DNA from: Treponemataceae bacterium
Lineage (GTDB): Bacteria > Spirochaetota > Spirochaetia > Treponematales > Rectinemataceae
Direction of reading: 5' to 3'
Length of the DNA: 64,000 nucleotides
Assembly: GCA_963678065.2 (NCBI GenBank)
Contig: CAXXVZ010000005.1
Location: forward strand, 288,001-352,000
The position numbers and the translations under genes are program-made. Positions 53,104 through 62,487 of the stretch are shown here, piece after piece (within the stretch, counting starts at the first letter, position 1; each line of letters opens with the position of its first letter). The notes below the pieces were generated by a model that was not told the origin of the DNA, did no database searches, and worked only from the letters and a program-made list of their open reading frames with translations.

Positions 53104-54246
53104 TCATGCCGGTCTGCGGAAATATCCGATCCCGACCGTATTGCGGAATGTCCAGGCTCCCGCGTCTCCGGGAAAGAGGACGCAGTCGATCATGCCGATC
53201 GTCGCGCACCGGAACCATGTCGCGAAGCAATTCGAGTGCCCTTGTGGTTCCGAATAACCTTTGACCCAGCCGTCGAATCGCAGCCTCGCCTCGCGATCGT
53301 CCGCGGGGGACTCGTCCGCGAAGCCTCCGTCAGGATTCTGGAAGTCGAGGAGGTCCAGAAGTTTGCGTTCGAGCAGGGTCTCGATCTCATCGCGCCGCAG
53401 GCCGTACCTGTGCATATTGGCCAGCGCGTCGACGATGTCGACATCGAGGCAGGCGCTCGTGACACCGCCGAGCTCCCCGCGAGCGAGCGAGAGGCAGGCA
53501 TCGGTTATACGATCGAGATATTTCAGCGGACGGTCGAGATAGTAGTACAGGTGATAGCTGTGCATCGCACCCGCGAAAGCGAAGAGGAGTTCCTTCCGCG
53601 TCGCGAAGTTCCCGCCCCAGAATCCGGTCCCCGGATCCTGGATTTCGTCGAGCCAGTCGAGCAATTCGACGAGCCGTTCGGCCGCGGCCGCAACACCGTC
53701 TTCCATCATCGCGAGGTAGAAACCGCCGAGGTTGACGACGGCGTTGCCCTCCATCCATGGATCGTCCCAGCCCCGCTTCGCCATCCAGGATTTGAGGCCA
53801 CCGCGGTTCAGGTACGGCTCCATGAAGGCGAAGGGACGGGTCTCCCTCGATCCGATGGAGCGAAGGGCGCCCATGGAATAATTCGTCGCGTGGAAGTCGA
53901 TATACTCGCGCGTGTACGCGGGATCGGGTCTCTTGAAGCTGTCCTCGTCGCGCATGCCGGGAAGCCTGAACGCCCCGGACTCCGTCTGGAAGGAGTTGAT
54001 GAAGGCCGCCGTCCTGCCCGCATCGTATCCCGCCTCCGGCGAAAATCCGCCGAGGAGAACGAGGCAGTTCACGGCGTCATAGGTGGCCGGCAGAACCATT
54101 CCGGGCCAGACCTGCGGGTCGTGCAGTGCGCTGAAGCGGAAGGCCGTGTTGCCGCTGCCGGGAATGACCATCGATCCGAGCCATCCCAGCGAGGCTCTCC
54201 GCGATTGTGCGATCCGGCCACGGAGTTCCATTCTCTTCGCGCTCAT
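53104..54246 (-). CDS. Hypothetical protein with prenyltransferase/squalene-cyclase-like repeats (alpha/alpha barrel)
   Basis: Repeated QTESGAF, QDPGTGFWG and QNPDGGF motifs; ATGA overlap with the permease. Confidence 0.6.
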   Translation of the reverse strand: MSAKRMELRGRIAQSRRASLGWLGSMVIPGSGNTAFRFSALHDPQVWPGMVLPATYDAVNCLVLLGGFSPEAGYDAGRTAAFINSFQTESGAFRLPGMRDEDSFKRPDPAYTREYIDFHATNYSMGALRSIGSRETRPFAFMEPYLNRGGLKSWMAKRGWDDPWMEGNAVVNLGGFYLAMMEDGVAAAAERLVELLDWLDEIQDPGTGFWGGNFATRKELLFAFAGAMHSYHLYYYLDRPLKYLDRITDACLSLARGELGGVTSACLDVDIVDALANMHRYGLRRDEIETLLERKLLDLLDFQNPDGGFADESPADDREARLRFDGWVKGYSEPQGHSNCFATWFRCATIGMIDCVLFPGDAGAWTFRNTVGIGYFRRPA

Positions 54247-55076
54247 CCTTTAACACTCCCCGCGGCGAAACCCGCTATCACTTTTTTCTGGGTCAGCATG
54301 AAGACGAGTATGACCGGGAGGGAGACCACGGTGGACAGTGCCATGATCTCCGGGAAATTTACTTCGAGCTGACTGTCCAGGTTGAAAAGCGCGACGGGCA
54401 GCGTGTAGCTCTTCATCGACGTCGAGATGACGAGGACGGGGAACCAGTTATCCCAGTTGATGATGAAGCCGAGAAGGATCGCCGTCATGAAGACCGACTT
54501 GGCCATAGGCATGATGATGGAGAGGAATGTGCAAAGCTCTCCCGCTCCGTCCATCTCCGCCGACTCGATGACGGCTTTGGGGACCTTTACGAAAAATTCC
54601 CGGAAGAGGAAGTACTGGATCGGTCCGAGGGCGAGGAAAAGAACCATGCCCGCGCGGCTTCCGAGAAGGCCGATCCGGTACATGACGACGTAGACCGGCG
54701 TCATGAGGAGAATGTAGGGATACATGATGCTGAGAAGGAAGAGCCTCTCCACCATGCGGAATCCGGGCAGCATAGGTTTCCGGCTGATGGCGTAGGCCCC
54801 GAGCGAGGACACTGTGATGCCGATCAGCACGGAGAATCCCACGATGACGACGGAGTTAGCGAGGTAGGTCCCGAAAGGAATGCCCGCGAGGTTCCGGAGG
54901 GATTCGTATGCCGAGAAGGTTATGCGCTTCGGTATAAGGCGCAGGGTATCCGCGAATATGTCCCGCGTCGGCTTGAGCGAACTCGAAATCATCCACAGGA
55001 AGGGGAATACCATGACGAGGCTCACCGCGACCGAGCCGAGGTACGCGAGGGCGACAAGTGCGGGGTTCTTTTTCAT
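54243..55076 (-). CDS. Carbohydrate ABC permease (MalG-like)
   Basis: PFLWMISSSLK, ESAEMDGAG, WDNWFP. Confidence 0.93.
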   Translation of the reverse strand: MKKNPALVALAYLGSVAVSLVMVFPFLWMISSSLKPTRDIFADTLRLIPKRITFSAYESLRNLAGIPFGTYLANSVVIVGFSVLIGITVSSLGAYAISRKPMLPGFRMVERLFLLSIMYPYILLMTPVYVVMYRIGLLGSRAGMVLFLALGPIQYFLFREFFVKVPKAVIESAEMDGAGELCTFLSIIMPMAKSVFMTAILLGFIINWDNWFPVLVISTSMKSYTLPVALFNLDSQLEVNFPEIMALSTVVSLPVILVFMLTQKKVIAGFAAGSVKG

Positions 55077-55976
55077 TCAGGCGTTTCCTTCCGCCCTGTC
55101 GGCCGAGGCGATTTTCCGTGTCGCGAGAGTGAGGGCGACGACAACCGCGAAGAGCACGGTTCCCATCGCGGCGGCCTCGCCGTAGTCGCCTATCTTGAAC
55201 TTCGTGTAGGCGTAATAGGAGACGAAATTGGAGGCGTAGTTCGGCCCTCCCTGGCTCATGACGAGGGCTACGGCGAAGGTCTTGAGAAACTGTATGAGCG
55301 CATAGACGGCGTTCAGGCTGAAGGCCGGGCCGAGTTCGGGCAGAGTTATGCGGAACGTGCGCGCGAACCAGCCCGCGCCGTCGAGGTGGGCGGCCTCGTA
55401 CATCTCCCTGTCGATGAGCTGGAGGTTCGTGATGAAGATGATCGTGTAGAGCCCGACGTGTTTCCACAGCTCGACGAGGGCGAGGGCCGGAAGTACGGTT
55501 GACTTACCGGAGAGCCCGCCGAAAGCCGGCAGACCCAGGAGACCGAGCACGGCGTTCACCGCGCCGTAATTCGTGTTGTACATCCACTTCCAGACGACGG
55601 AGGTCGCCATGATGGGCACGACGACGGGCATGAAGACCGCGAGCTTGAAGACGACTCCGCCCTTCCCGATGAAATTCGATCCCATGAGGAGAGCCAGGGC
55701 CAGGGCGACGGCGAGGTTGAGCGGCACCGACACGGCGGTGAACCCGAGGGTTATGCGAAACGAATCGATGAAGTAGGAATCGCCGAAAATCGTCGCGAAA
55801 TTCGCGAAGCCGATGTATTCGGGGTGACCCGAAAGGGAGGTCGACGATTTGGTGAAGGACATCGCCACGCTCTGCACGATAGGAACGATCCCGAAGAGCA
55901 GGACGAGGAGCAGCATCGGGACAAGGAAGAGATAGAGCGTGAGGTTTTTTCTCACCGGAACCGGAATCGCGATCAT
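55077..55976 (-). CDS. Carbohydrate ABC permease (MalF-like)
   Basis: YIGFANF, YEAAHLDGAG, ITLP, GGP; ATG 55976 after AAGGGG. Confidence 0.93.
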   Translation of the reverse strand: MIAIPVPVRKNLTLYLFLVPMLLLVLLFGIVPIVQSVAMSFTKSSTSLSGHPEYIGFANFATIFGDSYFIDSFRITLGFTAVSVPLNLAVALALALLMGSNFIGKGGVVFKLAVFMPVVVPIMATSVVWKWMYNTNYGAVNAVLGLLGLPAFGGLSGKSTVLPALALVELWKHVGLYTIIFITNLQLIDREMYEAAHLDGAGWFARTFRITLPELGPAFSLNAVYALIQFLKTFAVALVMSQGGPNYASNFVSYYAYTKFKIGDYGEAAAMGTVLFAVVVALTLATRKIASADRAEGNA

Positions 55977-56050
55977 GTGAACCCCTTGAAGACTGATCAT
56001 CCCGCACGCGGCGGGTCGCCTGACCGGCGCGGACGCAAGTCCCGCGCGAT

Positions 56051-56119
56051 GTTCCCGCTGCGCACAGGCGTTGCCATCCTCCGGTATCGGGGCGATGGCA
56101 ACGCCGGCCACGCGGGAAC
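56051..56119. other. Large intergenic stem-loop after the binding-protein gene
   Basis: GGCGTTGCCATC (56067-56078) and GATGGCAACGCC (56094-56105), plus outer GTTCCCGC/GCGGGAAC arms. Confidence 0.6.
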
Positions 56120-56124
56120 GCGAT

Positions 56125-57408
56125 TTATTTCTTGGCGGCGATGTAGGCTCTCATGTCTTTTTCGGCCTTGGCGAGCGTCGCGTCGACATCGAGAGTCCTG
56201 TCGGACAGGAGCTTGAGAAGGGCCTTGTGGTAGATGTCCTCGATGCCGGAGTAGTAGCTGAAGGTCGACTCGGGGAAATCGTAGGCGATGGTCGGCTGTT
56301 TTCCGGTCGCGAAGAATTTGCCGTGGTCGGTGAGGGCGGAGAGATCGAGGTCGCTGCGGACCGCCGAGCCGATGTGTTTGAGCGAAAGCTGCTGGGCCTC
56401 TTTCGTGAGCATGAATTGCAGGAATTTGACGGCTTCGTCTCTGTTTTTGGCGTTGGCCGGAATGGCGGCGCCGCGCATGCCGGACATGACGACGGCGTTC
56501 CTGTCGCCCGCCTTGAACTGGGGCCAGGGGCCGAGGATGTAGTCGGCGTCGAGGACGTCGGGTTTGTCCCACTTGGACACGTTCCAGTCCCCGACGCGGA
56601 ACATCCCCGCCTTGCCGGCCTCGATGATCTGGTACATTTCGCCGAAGCTGTAATTGATCGTGTCTTTGGGAGCGTAGTTCCAGAACAGCCCGAGCACTTC
56701 CTTCACGATCTCCTTGTGGCGGGGCTCGTTGATGGTGATTGCGCCAGAGGGATCGATGACCGTGTATTTGACGCCCGTTCCGAAGGTAAAGAGGTCGATC
56801 ATGTGGACGAGATCGCGGGGATTCGCGGCTTCGAGGGCGAGGCCGAAGGTGTCGCCCTGCTTCTTGTTGCCGTCCGGGTCGCCCTTTGTAAAGAGCTCGG
56901 CGATGGCTTTCATTTCAGCCCAGGTCTTGGGGAAGGGTTTGCCCACGGCGTCGAGCCAGCTCTTGCGCACGCCGAAGGCCGCCTGAACGCGCTGGATGGG
57001 GAATATGAGGAGCTTGCCCTTGTACTCGGAGATGTCGAGGTCGGAGCGCGTGATGAAGGAAACGTCGCCCACGCCCTTGAAGGCGGAAGCGAGGTCGAGA
57101 ATTTTACCCGTCTGGTCTTCGACCTTGATGACGCGCTCGTAGTTGTTGAAGATGATGTCGGGCGCGGTGTTCGTATTGATCGACGCGATGGATTTTTCGA
57201 TCCACTGCTGGGTCGGATAGGTGACCGACTCGACCCTCACGTTGGGATTGGTCTTCTGGTAGAGAGCCGCCATCTCGTTGAACCAGGCGACGCCTTTGTC
57301 GCCCTGGTCGTGCCAGACCGTCAGAGTGACGGGCGCCGCTGCCAGACTGCCGATCACGGCCAGTGACATGACGAAAACAGCGACGAGCCGCACGGAGAGT
57401 TTTTTCAC
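56125..57408 (-). CDS. Carbohydrate ABC substrate-binding protein (CUT1)
   Basis: AAGGAGG RBS and GTG, signal peptide, TLTVW, APDI, PKTWAE, GKAGM. Confidence 0.92.
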   Translation of the reverse strand: MKKLSVRLVAVFVMSLAVIGSLAAAPVTLTVWHDQGDKGVAWFNEMAALYQKTNPNVRVESVTYPTQQWIEKSIASINTNTAPDIIFNNYERVIKVEDQTGKILDLASAFKGVGDVSFITRSDLDISEYKGKLLIFPIQRVQAAFGVRKSWLDAVGKPFPKTWAEMKAIAELFTKGDPDGNKKQGDTFGLALEAANPRDLVHMIDLFTFGTGVKYTVIDPSGAITINEPRHKEIVKEVLGLFWNYAPKDTINYSFGEMYQIIEAGKAGMFRVGDWNVSKWDKPDVLDADYILGPWPQFKAGDRNAVVMSGMRGAAIPANAKNRDEAVKFLQFMLTKEAQQLSLKHIGSAVRSDLDLSALTDHGKFFATGKQPTIAYDFPESTFSYYSGIEDIYHKALLKLLSDRTLDVDATLAKAEKDMRAYIAAKK

Positions 57409-57447
57409 AACTGCCTCCTTTACGATAGGCCACACTCTGGTGGCCAT

Positions 57448-57463
57448 ATGTAAAGCTTTACAT
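57448..57463. promoter_or_regulatory. Perfect palindromic operator ATGTAAAGCTTTACAT
   Basis: 16-bp palindrome between the divergent SBP and lacI genes. Confidence 0.75.
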
Positions 57464-57499
57464 GAGCTACTATGACCTTTCGGAAACACAATGTCAATA

Positions 57500-57515
57500 A
57501 TGTAATGCTTTACAT
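57500..57515. promoter_or_regulatory. Second operator ATGTAATGCTTTACAT
   Basis: 15/16 identical to the first; overlaps a TTTACA-17-TATTAT promoter pointing at lacI. Confidence 0.7.
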
Positions 57516-57580
57516 GGAATGAAACGTATAGTATTATGCTTTCCGAAGGCTGTCAAATTCTTTTTTTTGCGAGGCCGACC

Positions 57581-58648
57581 ATGAACATACACGATATCGC
57601 CCGCGAAGCCGGCGTATCGACTGCCACCGTCTCGCGCGTCATCAACAGCCCGGACCGGGTGGAAGAGAGCACGCGCGCCCGGGTGCTCGATGTGATCGAA
57701 GCGCACGCCTACACCCCGAACGCCCTGGCGCGGGGCCTTTTGCACAACCGGACGCGGACCATCGGAGTCCTCGCGGTCGACATCCTCAACCCCTACTACG
57801 CGACCGTCGTCCACGCGATCGAGCGGAACCTGAGCGCGCGGGGCAACAACATCCTTCTGTGCAACACGGGCGGAAGCCACGACGAAAAAGTCCGCTACAT
57901 CAGGACCCTCCTGGAAAAGCGGGTGGACGGCCTCGTGTTCGTCGGTTCGGTCTACAGAGAAAAGGACGGGGCCGACGAGATACTCGCGGCTGCACGCTCG
58001 ATTCCCGTCATCATGATCAACTCCGTCATCGAAGCGGAGAACATCCACTGCATCCTCTGCGACGACCGGCGGGGTATACGCGACGCACTCGACTTTTTCA
58101 CCGACGCTGGCCGGGAAAGAATCCTCTTCATCAACACGACGACGACGGCGAGCGCCCGACTCAAGGAGGACGAGTTCATCGCCCACCTCGCGCGGCGGGG
58201 CATCCGGACGCCGGGTGGCCCCGGCGGGAACGCCCCGCCGCAGGAAGGACTGCGCGGGAAATCGTGGATCATCGAAACTGCCCCCGACAGGCTCGCGGAA
58301 CTTCCCTTCGCGATCGCCGCTGCCCTGGAATCGGACGACTTCAACGCCATCCTCGCTTCGGACGACCTCTTCGCCAATGTGGCGGTGAACACTCTCCACT
58401 CCCTGCACCGCGACATCCCCGGCTCGATGTGGGTGATCGGCTACAACAACAGCTATGTCAGCGAACAGACCTTCCCCCGGCTCAGCTCGGTGGACAGCCG
58501 GATGACCGATCTCGGGGAGGCGACAGCGGAGCGACTGACGCGCATTCTCTCGGGCGACATTCCGGAAGACCGCGTAGTCCTGCTGGAGCCTGAGCTGATC
58601 CTGAAGGAATCCACGGGAACCGCGGACAAAGATTCCGGGAGCTTGTGA
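57581..58648 (+). CDS. LacI-family transcriptional regulator
   Basis: IHDIAREAGVSTATVSRVIN, YTPNALARGL, VIGYNN. Confidence 0.95.
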   Translation: MNIHDIAREAGVSTATVSRVINSPDRVEESTRARVLDVIEAHAYTPNALARGLLHNRTRTIGVLAVDILNPYYATVVHAIERNLSARGNNILLCNTGGSHDEKVRYIRTLLEKRVDGLVFVGSVYREKDGADEILAAARSIPVIMINSVIEAENIHCILCDDRRGIRDALDFFTDAGRERILFINTTTTASARLKEDEFIAHLARRGIRTPGGPGGNAPPQEGLRGKSWIIETAPDRLAELPFAIAAALESDDFNAILASDDLFANVAVNTLHSLHRDIPGSMWVIGYNNSYVSEQTFPRLSSVDSRMTDLGEATAERLTRILSGDIPEDRVVLLEPELILKESTGTADKDSGSL

Positions 58649-58674
58649 AAGGGACTTGTGGGGCTCGGGGCTCT

Positions 58675-59817
58675 TCAGCGACGGGGCAGCGCGCGACAGA
58701 ATGCATCCATGTCGTCACTGTCCTCGAGAACTCCGATCTCGATATGCGCCTTCTTTTGCCCAAATGGCGGAAGCATCTCGACCATGCCTCTCTCTTTTGC
58801 GGCGGCATAGCCCATGGGCTGACAGTTCCCCGGCTCCAGGCCCATCGCGTAATCCTGCTCCTCGCAGGCTTTCCATTGGGTAAAATACGGAAGCTCCTTC
58901 TTGTCGAACGCGACATACATCCCGAACTCCAGCATGGGATTCATGATCGCTACGCGGACTTTATCGTCTGAGTCAGGTACAAGATCATGGAAATACACGA
59001 GTTCGCCTGAACCTGCGCGGGGGCTCTCCATGCGCGCATAACCGCTCGCGTTCGCTTCCGAGTAAGGGTTGACTCCGGTGACCTTTGCGGAAATCGCCTT
59101 GAACTCGGTACCTTCGTCCAGCAGCGGATAGCCGGCATTGATGTGATACAGCAGCATGGCGGGCGATTCATACGGTGAGAGGTTCTCTATGGTGTCTGTG
59201 AGGAATATCTTGTTCACGCCGGCGACCGCTCTGATTTCACGGCTGAGTACGAGACATTCTCCGAAAGTCATCGCTTCCGAGACTCTGCCCGATACGGTCA
59301 TGGTGAATGTACCGTTCTCCCATTTTTCTTGCACGCAGACATTGTCGGCGCAGGTATTCGCAATGCGGCCGTGCAAGCCGAGATCCTGCTTCCCGAGAAT
59401 GCCCATGGTTTTCTCTGATGGCGCGCCCGTGTTGGACAGGCCGCAGGTTGTCAGAAGACCGCCGAAAAAGTTCCTGAGCCAACCGACACCCTGGCACTCG
59501 TAGTATGAGGGGGAAACGACGCCTGTCTTGGACATGAAGCTCATCGGTACGGACCTGAACGATGCCCGCGAGATATCCATTCCCCGGCCGGGAAGGACGG
59601 TGAACTCCAATCCGGAGCCGGTCCGGATGTCGACAGCCTCGACGCCTTTCGCTTTTCCGTCGGTCAGCTCATAGCGCCGCGCGCCCGCCAACTGCGAAAT
59701 TTCACCCATCCGCTTTGCCAGAAAAACCCGATCATTCACAAATTGGTAGTTCTTCAATTCACGACTCCCTGCACATTTCACGATCGCGCGTGGATTCCGA
59801 TCATTCGTACGAGCCAT
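58675..59817 (-). CDS. Aldose 1-epimerase-like protein (DUF4432 type)
   Basis: VLPGRGMDI, GGLLTTCGL, LHGR, LYHINAGYP, GLEPG. Confidence 0.85.
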   Translation of the reverse strand: MARTNDRNPRAIVKCAGSRELKNYQFVNDRVFLAKRMGEISQLAGARRYELTDGKAKGVEAVDIRTGSGLEFTVLPGRGMDISRASFRSVPMSFMSKTGVVSPSYYECQGVGWLRNFFGGLLTTCGLSNTGAPSEKTMGILGKQDLGLHGRIANTCADNVCVQEKWENGTFTMTVSGRVSEAMTFGECLVLSREIRAVAGVNKIFLTDTIENLSPYESPAMLLYHINAGYPLLDEGTEFKAISAKVTGVNPYSEANASGYARMESPRAGSGELVYFHDLVPDSDDKVRVAIMNPMLEFGMYVAFDKKELPYFTQWKACEEQDYAMGLEPGNCQPMGYAAAKERGMVEMLPPFGQKKAHIEIGVLEDSDDMDAFCRALPRR

Positions 59818-60934
59818 ACTGGATCGCGGCTTCCAGAAGTTCCTTCAAATTTTCATGCGGTGTTCCATTTGAAAGATAATCCGAGGTTGCCAGAATGAAC
59901 TTACCACGCTTTTTGAATTTCAGGATAAGCTCTTTTGCGCGATCATGGACCTCGCGACTTTTTGCCGTTCTCAGAAACTCGATCTGATCGATATTTCCCA
60001 GAATCGTCATATCCTGATCGAGTATCCGGATCGCATGGTCGACATCCGCGTCGCCGAAGGGTGGCGGTGTCAGCGTTTCGAGCGCGTCGATCCCAAGAAG
60101 ATTGTAAGCCCCGAACATACTATCGCAGTCCCCGCAATTGTGAAACAACACATACGCGCCATTGGCTTTGATGGCATCGATTACCCGCTTCTCATAGGGC
60201 AAGAGGTACTTGATGAAGTAATCGGGACCGACCATGCTTCCGTTGGCGATATTGCCCTCATAGGTGACTATATCGGAGACTCTGGCGAGCTGAATCGCCG
60301 CACGGACTGTTCTCTCGCAATAGTATTCCATCATGGCAAAGAAAAAATCCTGATTCACCAAGGCATCGCAGATCAGGTCATCCAGTTTTCTCAGCCTGCT
60401 CAGCGTGTTGAAGATGCTGGGCAGCCAGGGCGCGACGACACCGTCATCGCCCAGTTTCTCCTTCGTTCTGGAGACTCTCGAGCAATCGAAATCGGGGGCC
60501 GGAGGCTGGTATTTCAAAAAGCAGGCGAAATCTTCCTCGTCCTTGATGAAGTGTTCGGTTTCCGCGGAAACTTCCGTGAAAGCATTGACCCGGTCATGCT
60601 TCACGACACCGCGCAATTCCCGTTCCGGGGTTCTGATTGTCGTGATCACGCTTCGTTTGTTCCCGCCCGACGCCAGTTCTTCCGTCGAAACCGCCCAGTC
60701 CCCGGAAGTCGCGATCACAGGGGAGACCATGTCCATGGTGCAGGTTCTTATCATGCTGTCGAAGCCGAGATCTCGGTAGATCCCGTGCAGCCTTACATCG
60801 ATGATCTCATCGTCCAGCGAATAATTCTCCCCGAGGATTTCATTGATATAATTGAGCCAGATAAACGGCGAAACCGGGATGCGATCCGTCCGTTCGCCGC
60901 TGAATGTATTGAGGATCCGCTCCCGGCTTTTCAT
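59801..60934 (-). CDS. Uroporphyrinogen decarboxylase (URO-D/MtaA) superfamily protein
   Basis: SRERIL..DRIPVSP, FHNCG, LGNID, TPHEN. Confidence 0.85.
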   Translation of the reverse strand: MKSRERILNTFSGERTDRIPVSPFIWLNYINEILGENYSLDDEIIDVRLHGIYRDLGFDSMIRTCTMDMVSPVIATSGDWAVSTEELASGGNKRSVITTIRTPERELRGVVKHDRVNAFTEVSAETEHFIKDEEDFACFLKYQPPAPDFDCSRVSRTKEKLGDDGVVAPWLPSIFNTLSRLRKLDDLICDALVNQDFFFAMMEYYCERTVRAAIQLARVSDIVTYEGNIANGSMVGPDYFIKYLLPYEKRVIDAIKANGAYVLFHNCGDCDSMFGAYNLLGIDALETLTPPPFGDADVDHAIRILDQDMTILGNIDQIEFLRTAKSREVHDRAKELILKFKKRGKFILATSDYLSNGTPHENLKELLEAAIQYGSYE

Positions 60935-61018
60935 ATCGACATTCTCCTTTGCGCGGACTGCATCGTTCCGCGAAAATAGCCAGCAAGGCGATGACAGGAT
61001 GGAATCGCGGAAATTTTC

Positions 61019-62482
61019 TCATTCATTTTCAAACAATTTTTTTTCAATTTCCCCGTACTGCCGATATTTGATGTCATATTGTGCTTTTTCTTCCTGGTCG
61101 GGAACATATCGATGCGCGATCGTGATCAGGTTTTGTGTCTGGGCCAACGTCGAATAGACTCCGGCGCCGAGCCCCGCGAGCATGGCCGCCCCCGCGCAGG
61201 CTGTCTCCGCCGTAGCCGGAACGCATACGGTCAAACCGGTGACGTTCGCTATTGTGCTGCACCATCGCGCGCTGTTGGCGCCGCCGCCGAACAGGCGCAA
61301 TTGCCGGATGACCGACTCGTCCTGCTGCATGACTTCGATATTATGTCGAATCTGAAACGCGATTCCTTCGAACAGGGCCAGAATCATCTCACCGGCCTTC
61401 GTATTCAGATGGATTCCGTAATAGCATCCGGCGGATTCGTCATACCAGTTTGGAGAACCCGAACCGGCGAGATGCGGATAGAAAAACAAATTGTCCGTTC
61501 TGGCGCCGACTGCCATTTCATTCAGATCGTCGTAGCTTTTATCCGCAAAGAAGGTCTGCCGCAACCACTTCAGCGAAGATGCCGCCGTACCGACTACGCC
61601 TTCCGTCACCCACTTTCCCTCCAGAAGATCGGCAAAACAGGGAATCCTCATCCTTTCGTCGAGCATCGGCTTGTCCCACTTTCTGGTGATGGCGGCCGCC
61701 GTGCCGAGAGAGATTGTAGCGATGCCGCTGGCGATGCCCGCCCCGAGGGCCGCGCATTTCTGGTCCTGTCCGCCGACGGAAATCACCACGTCGGCGCTCA
61801 ATCCGAGTTCTTTGGCCACCTGGGGGAGGATCAGGCCCGCCTCGCTTCCCGCCGCTACGACTCTCGGCAATTTCGCTTCGTCGATCCCGAAATGCTTGAT
61901 CAAGGATTGTGACCAGCGCCGCTCATTGATGTCGAACATCATTGTTCCCGAGGCCATGGTATGATCCGTCACGGCGCGGCCGCACAGTTTTGCGACGATG
62001 TAGTCATGAGCCATCAGAAAATATGAAGCCCCATCGAAGAGCCCGGAGTGGTGTTTTTTCAGCCACAGCATTTTCGGGAGCACGTACGCGGCGTCCGCCC
62101 TTTTTCCGGTGATTTCGTATAACTCCCTCTCGCTGAACCGCGTCAGAATTTCCGCCACTTCGGCGGTCGCTCGTGAGTCAAGCCAGCTGATCGCATTCAT
62201 CATCGGATCGAAATTCCGGTCGACAGGCAGAAAGGCGATACCCTGCGAACTGACGCCGAGGCCGACGACGCGGTCGCCTGAGTTTTTGCTTTTTTCGAGC
62301 GCCGAAACGATCGACCTCTTGACCAGCTCCCACCACAGAAATGCGTCCTGCTCGATCCGGATCGAAGAGAGAAAAATCAGCGGGGACTCGATGTATTCCT
62401 GCCCCAGCTCGCACAGGCTTTCATCGTAGACGATGCTGCGGACGCCCGTCGTACCCAGGTCGATGCCGATGAGCAGCTTCAT
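61019..62482 (-). CDS. FGGY-family carbohydrate kinase (xylulokinase-like)
   Basis: IGIDLGTT, WLDSR, TDHTMASGT, GGQDQ, SLGT, GGGANS. Start could be GTG 62491. Confidence 0.92.
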   Translation of the reverse strand: MKLLIGIDLGTTGVRSIVYDESLCELGQEYIESPLIFLSSIRIEQDAFLWWELVKRSIVSALEKSKNSGDRVVGLGVSSQGIAFLPVDRNFDPMMNAISWLDSRATAEVAEILTRFSERELYEITGKRADAAYVLPKMLWLKKHHSGLFDGASYFLMAHDYIVAKLCGRAVTDHTMASGTMMFDINERRWSQSLIKHFGIDEAKLPRVVAAGSEAGLILPQVAKELGLSADVVISVGGQDQKCAALGAGIASGIATISLGTAAAITRKWDKPMLDERMRIPCFADLLEGKWVTEGVVGTAASSLKWLRQTFFADKSYDDLNEMAVGARTDNLFFYPHLAGSGSPNWYDESAGCYYGIHLNTKAGEMILALFEGIAFQIRHNIEVMQQDESVIRQLRLFGGGANSARWCSTIANVTGLTVCVPATAETACAGAAMLAGLGAGVYSTLAQTQNLITIAHRYVPDQEEKAQYDIKYRQYGEIEKKLFENE

Positions 62483-62487
62483 GGGTC

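Noticed and set aside
50837..54372. 806-aa and 378-aa plus-strand ORFs
   Set aside because: Antisense to the GH2 and alpha-barrel genes, which carry the recognisable motifs.
59801..60934. Calling this gene hemE
   Set aside because: It has the HxC motif and sugar-operon context, not the HemE RQAGR motif.
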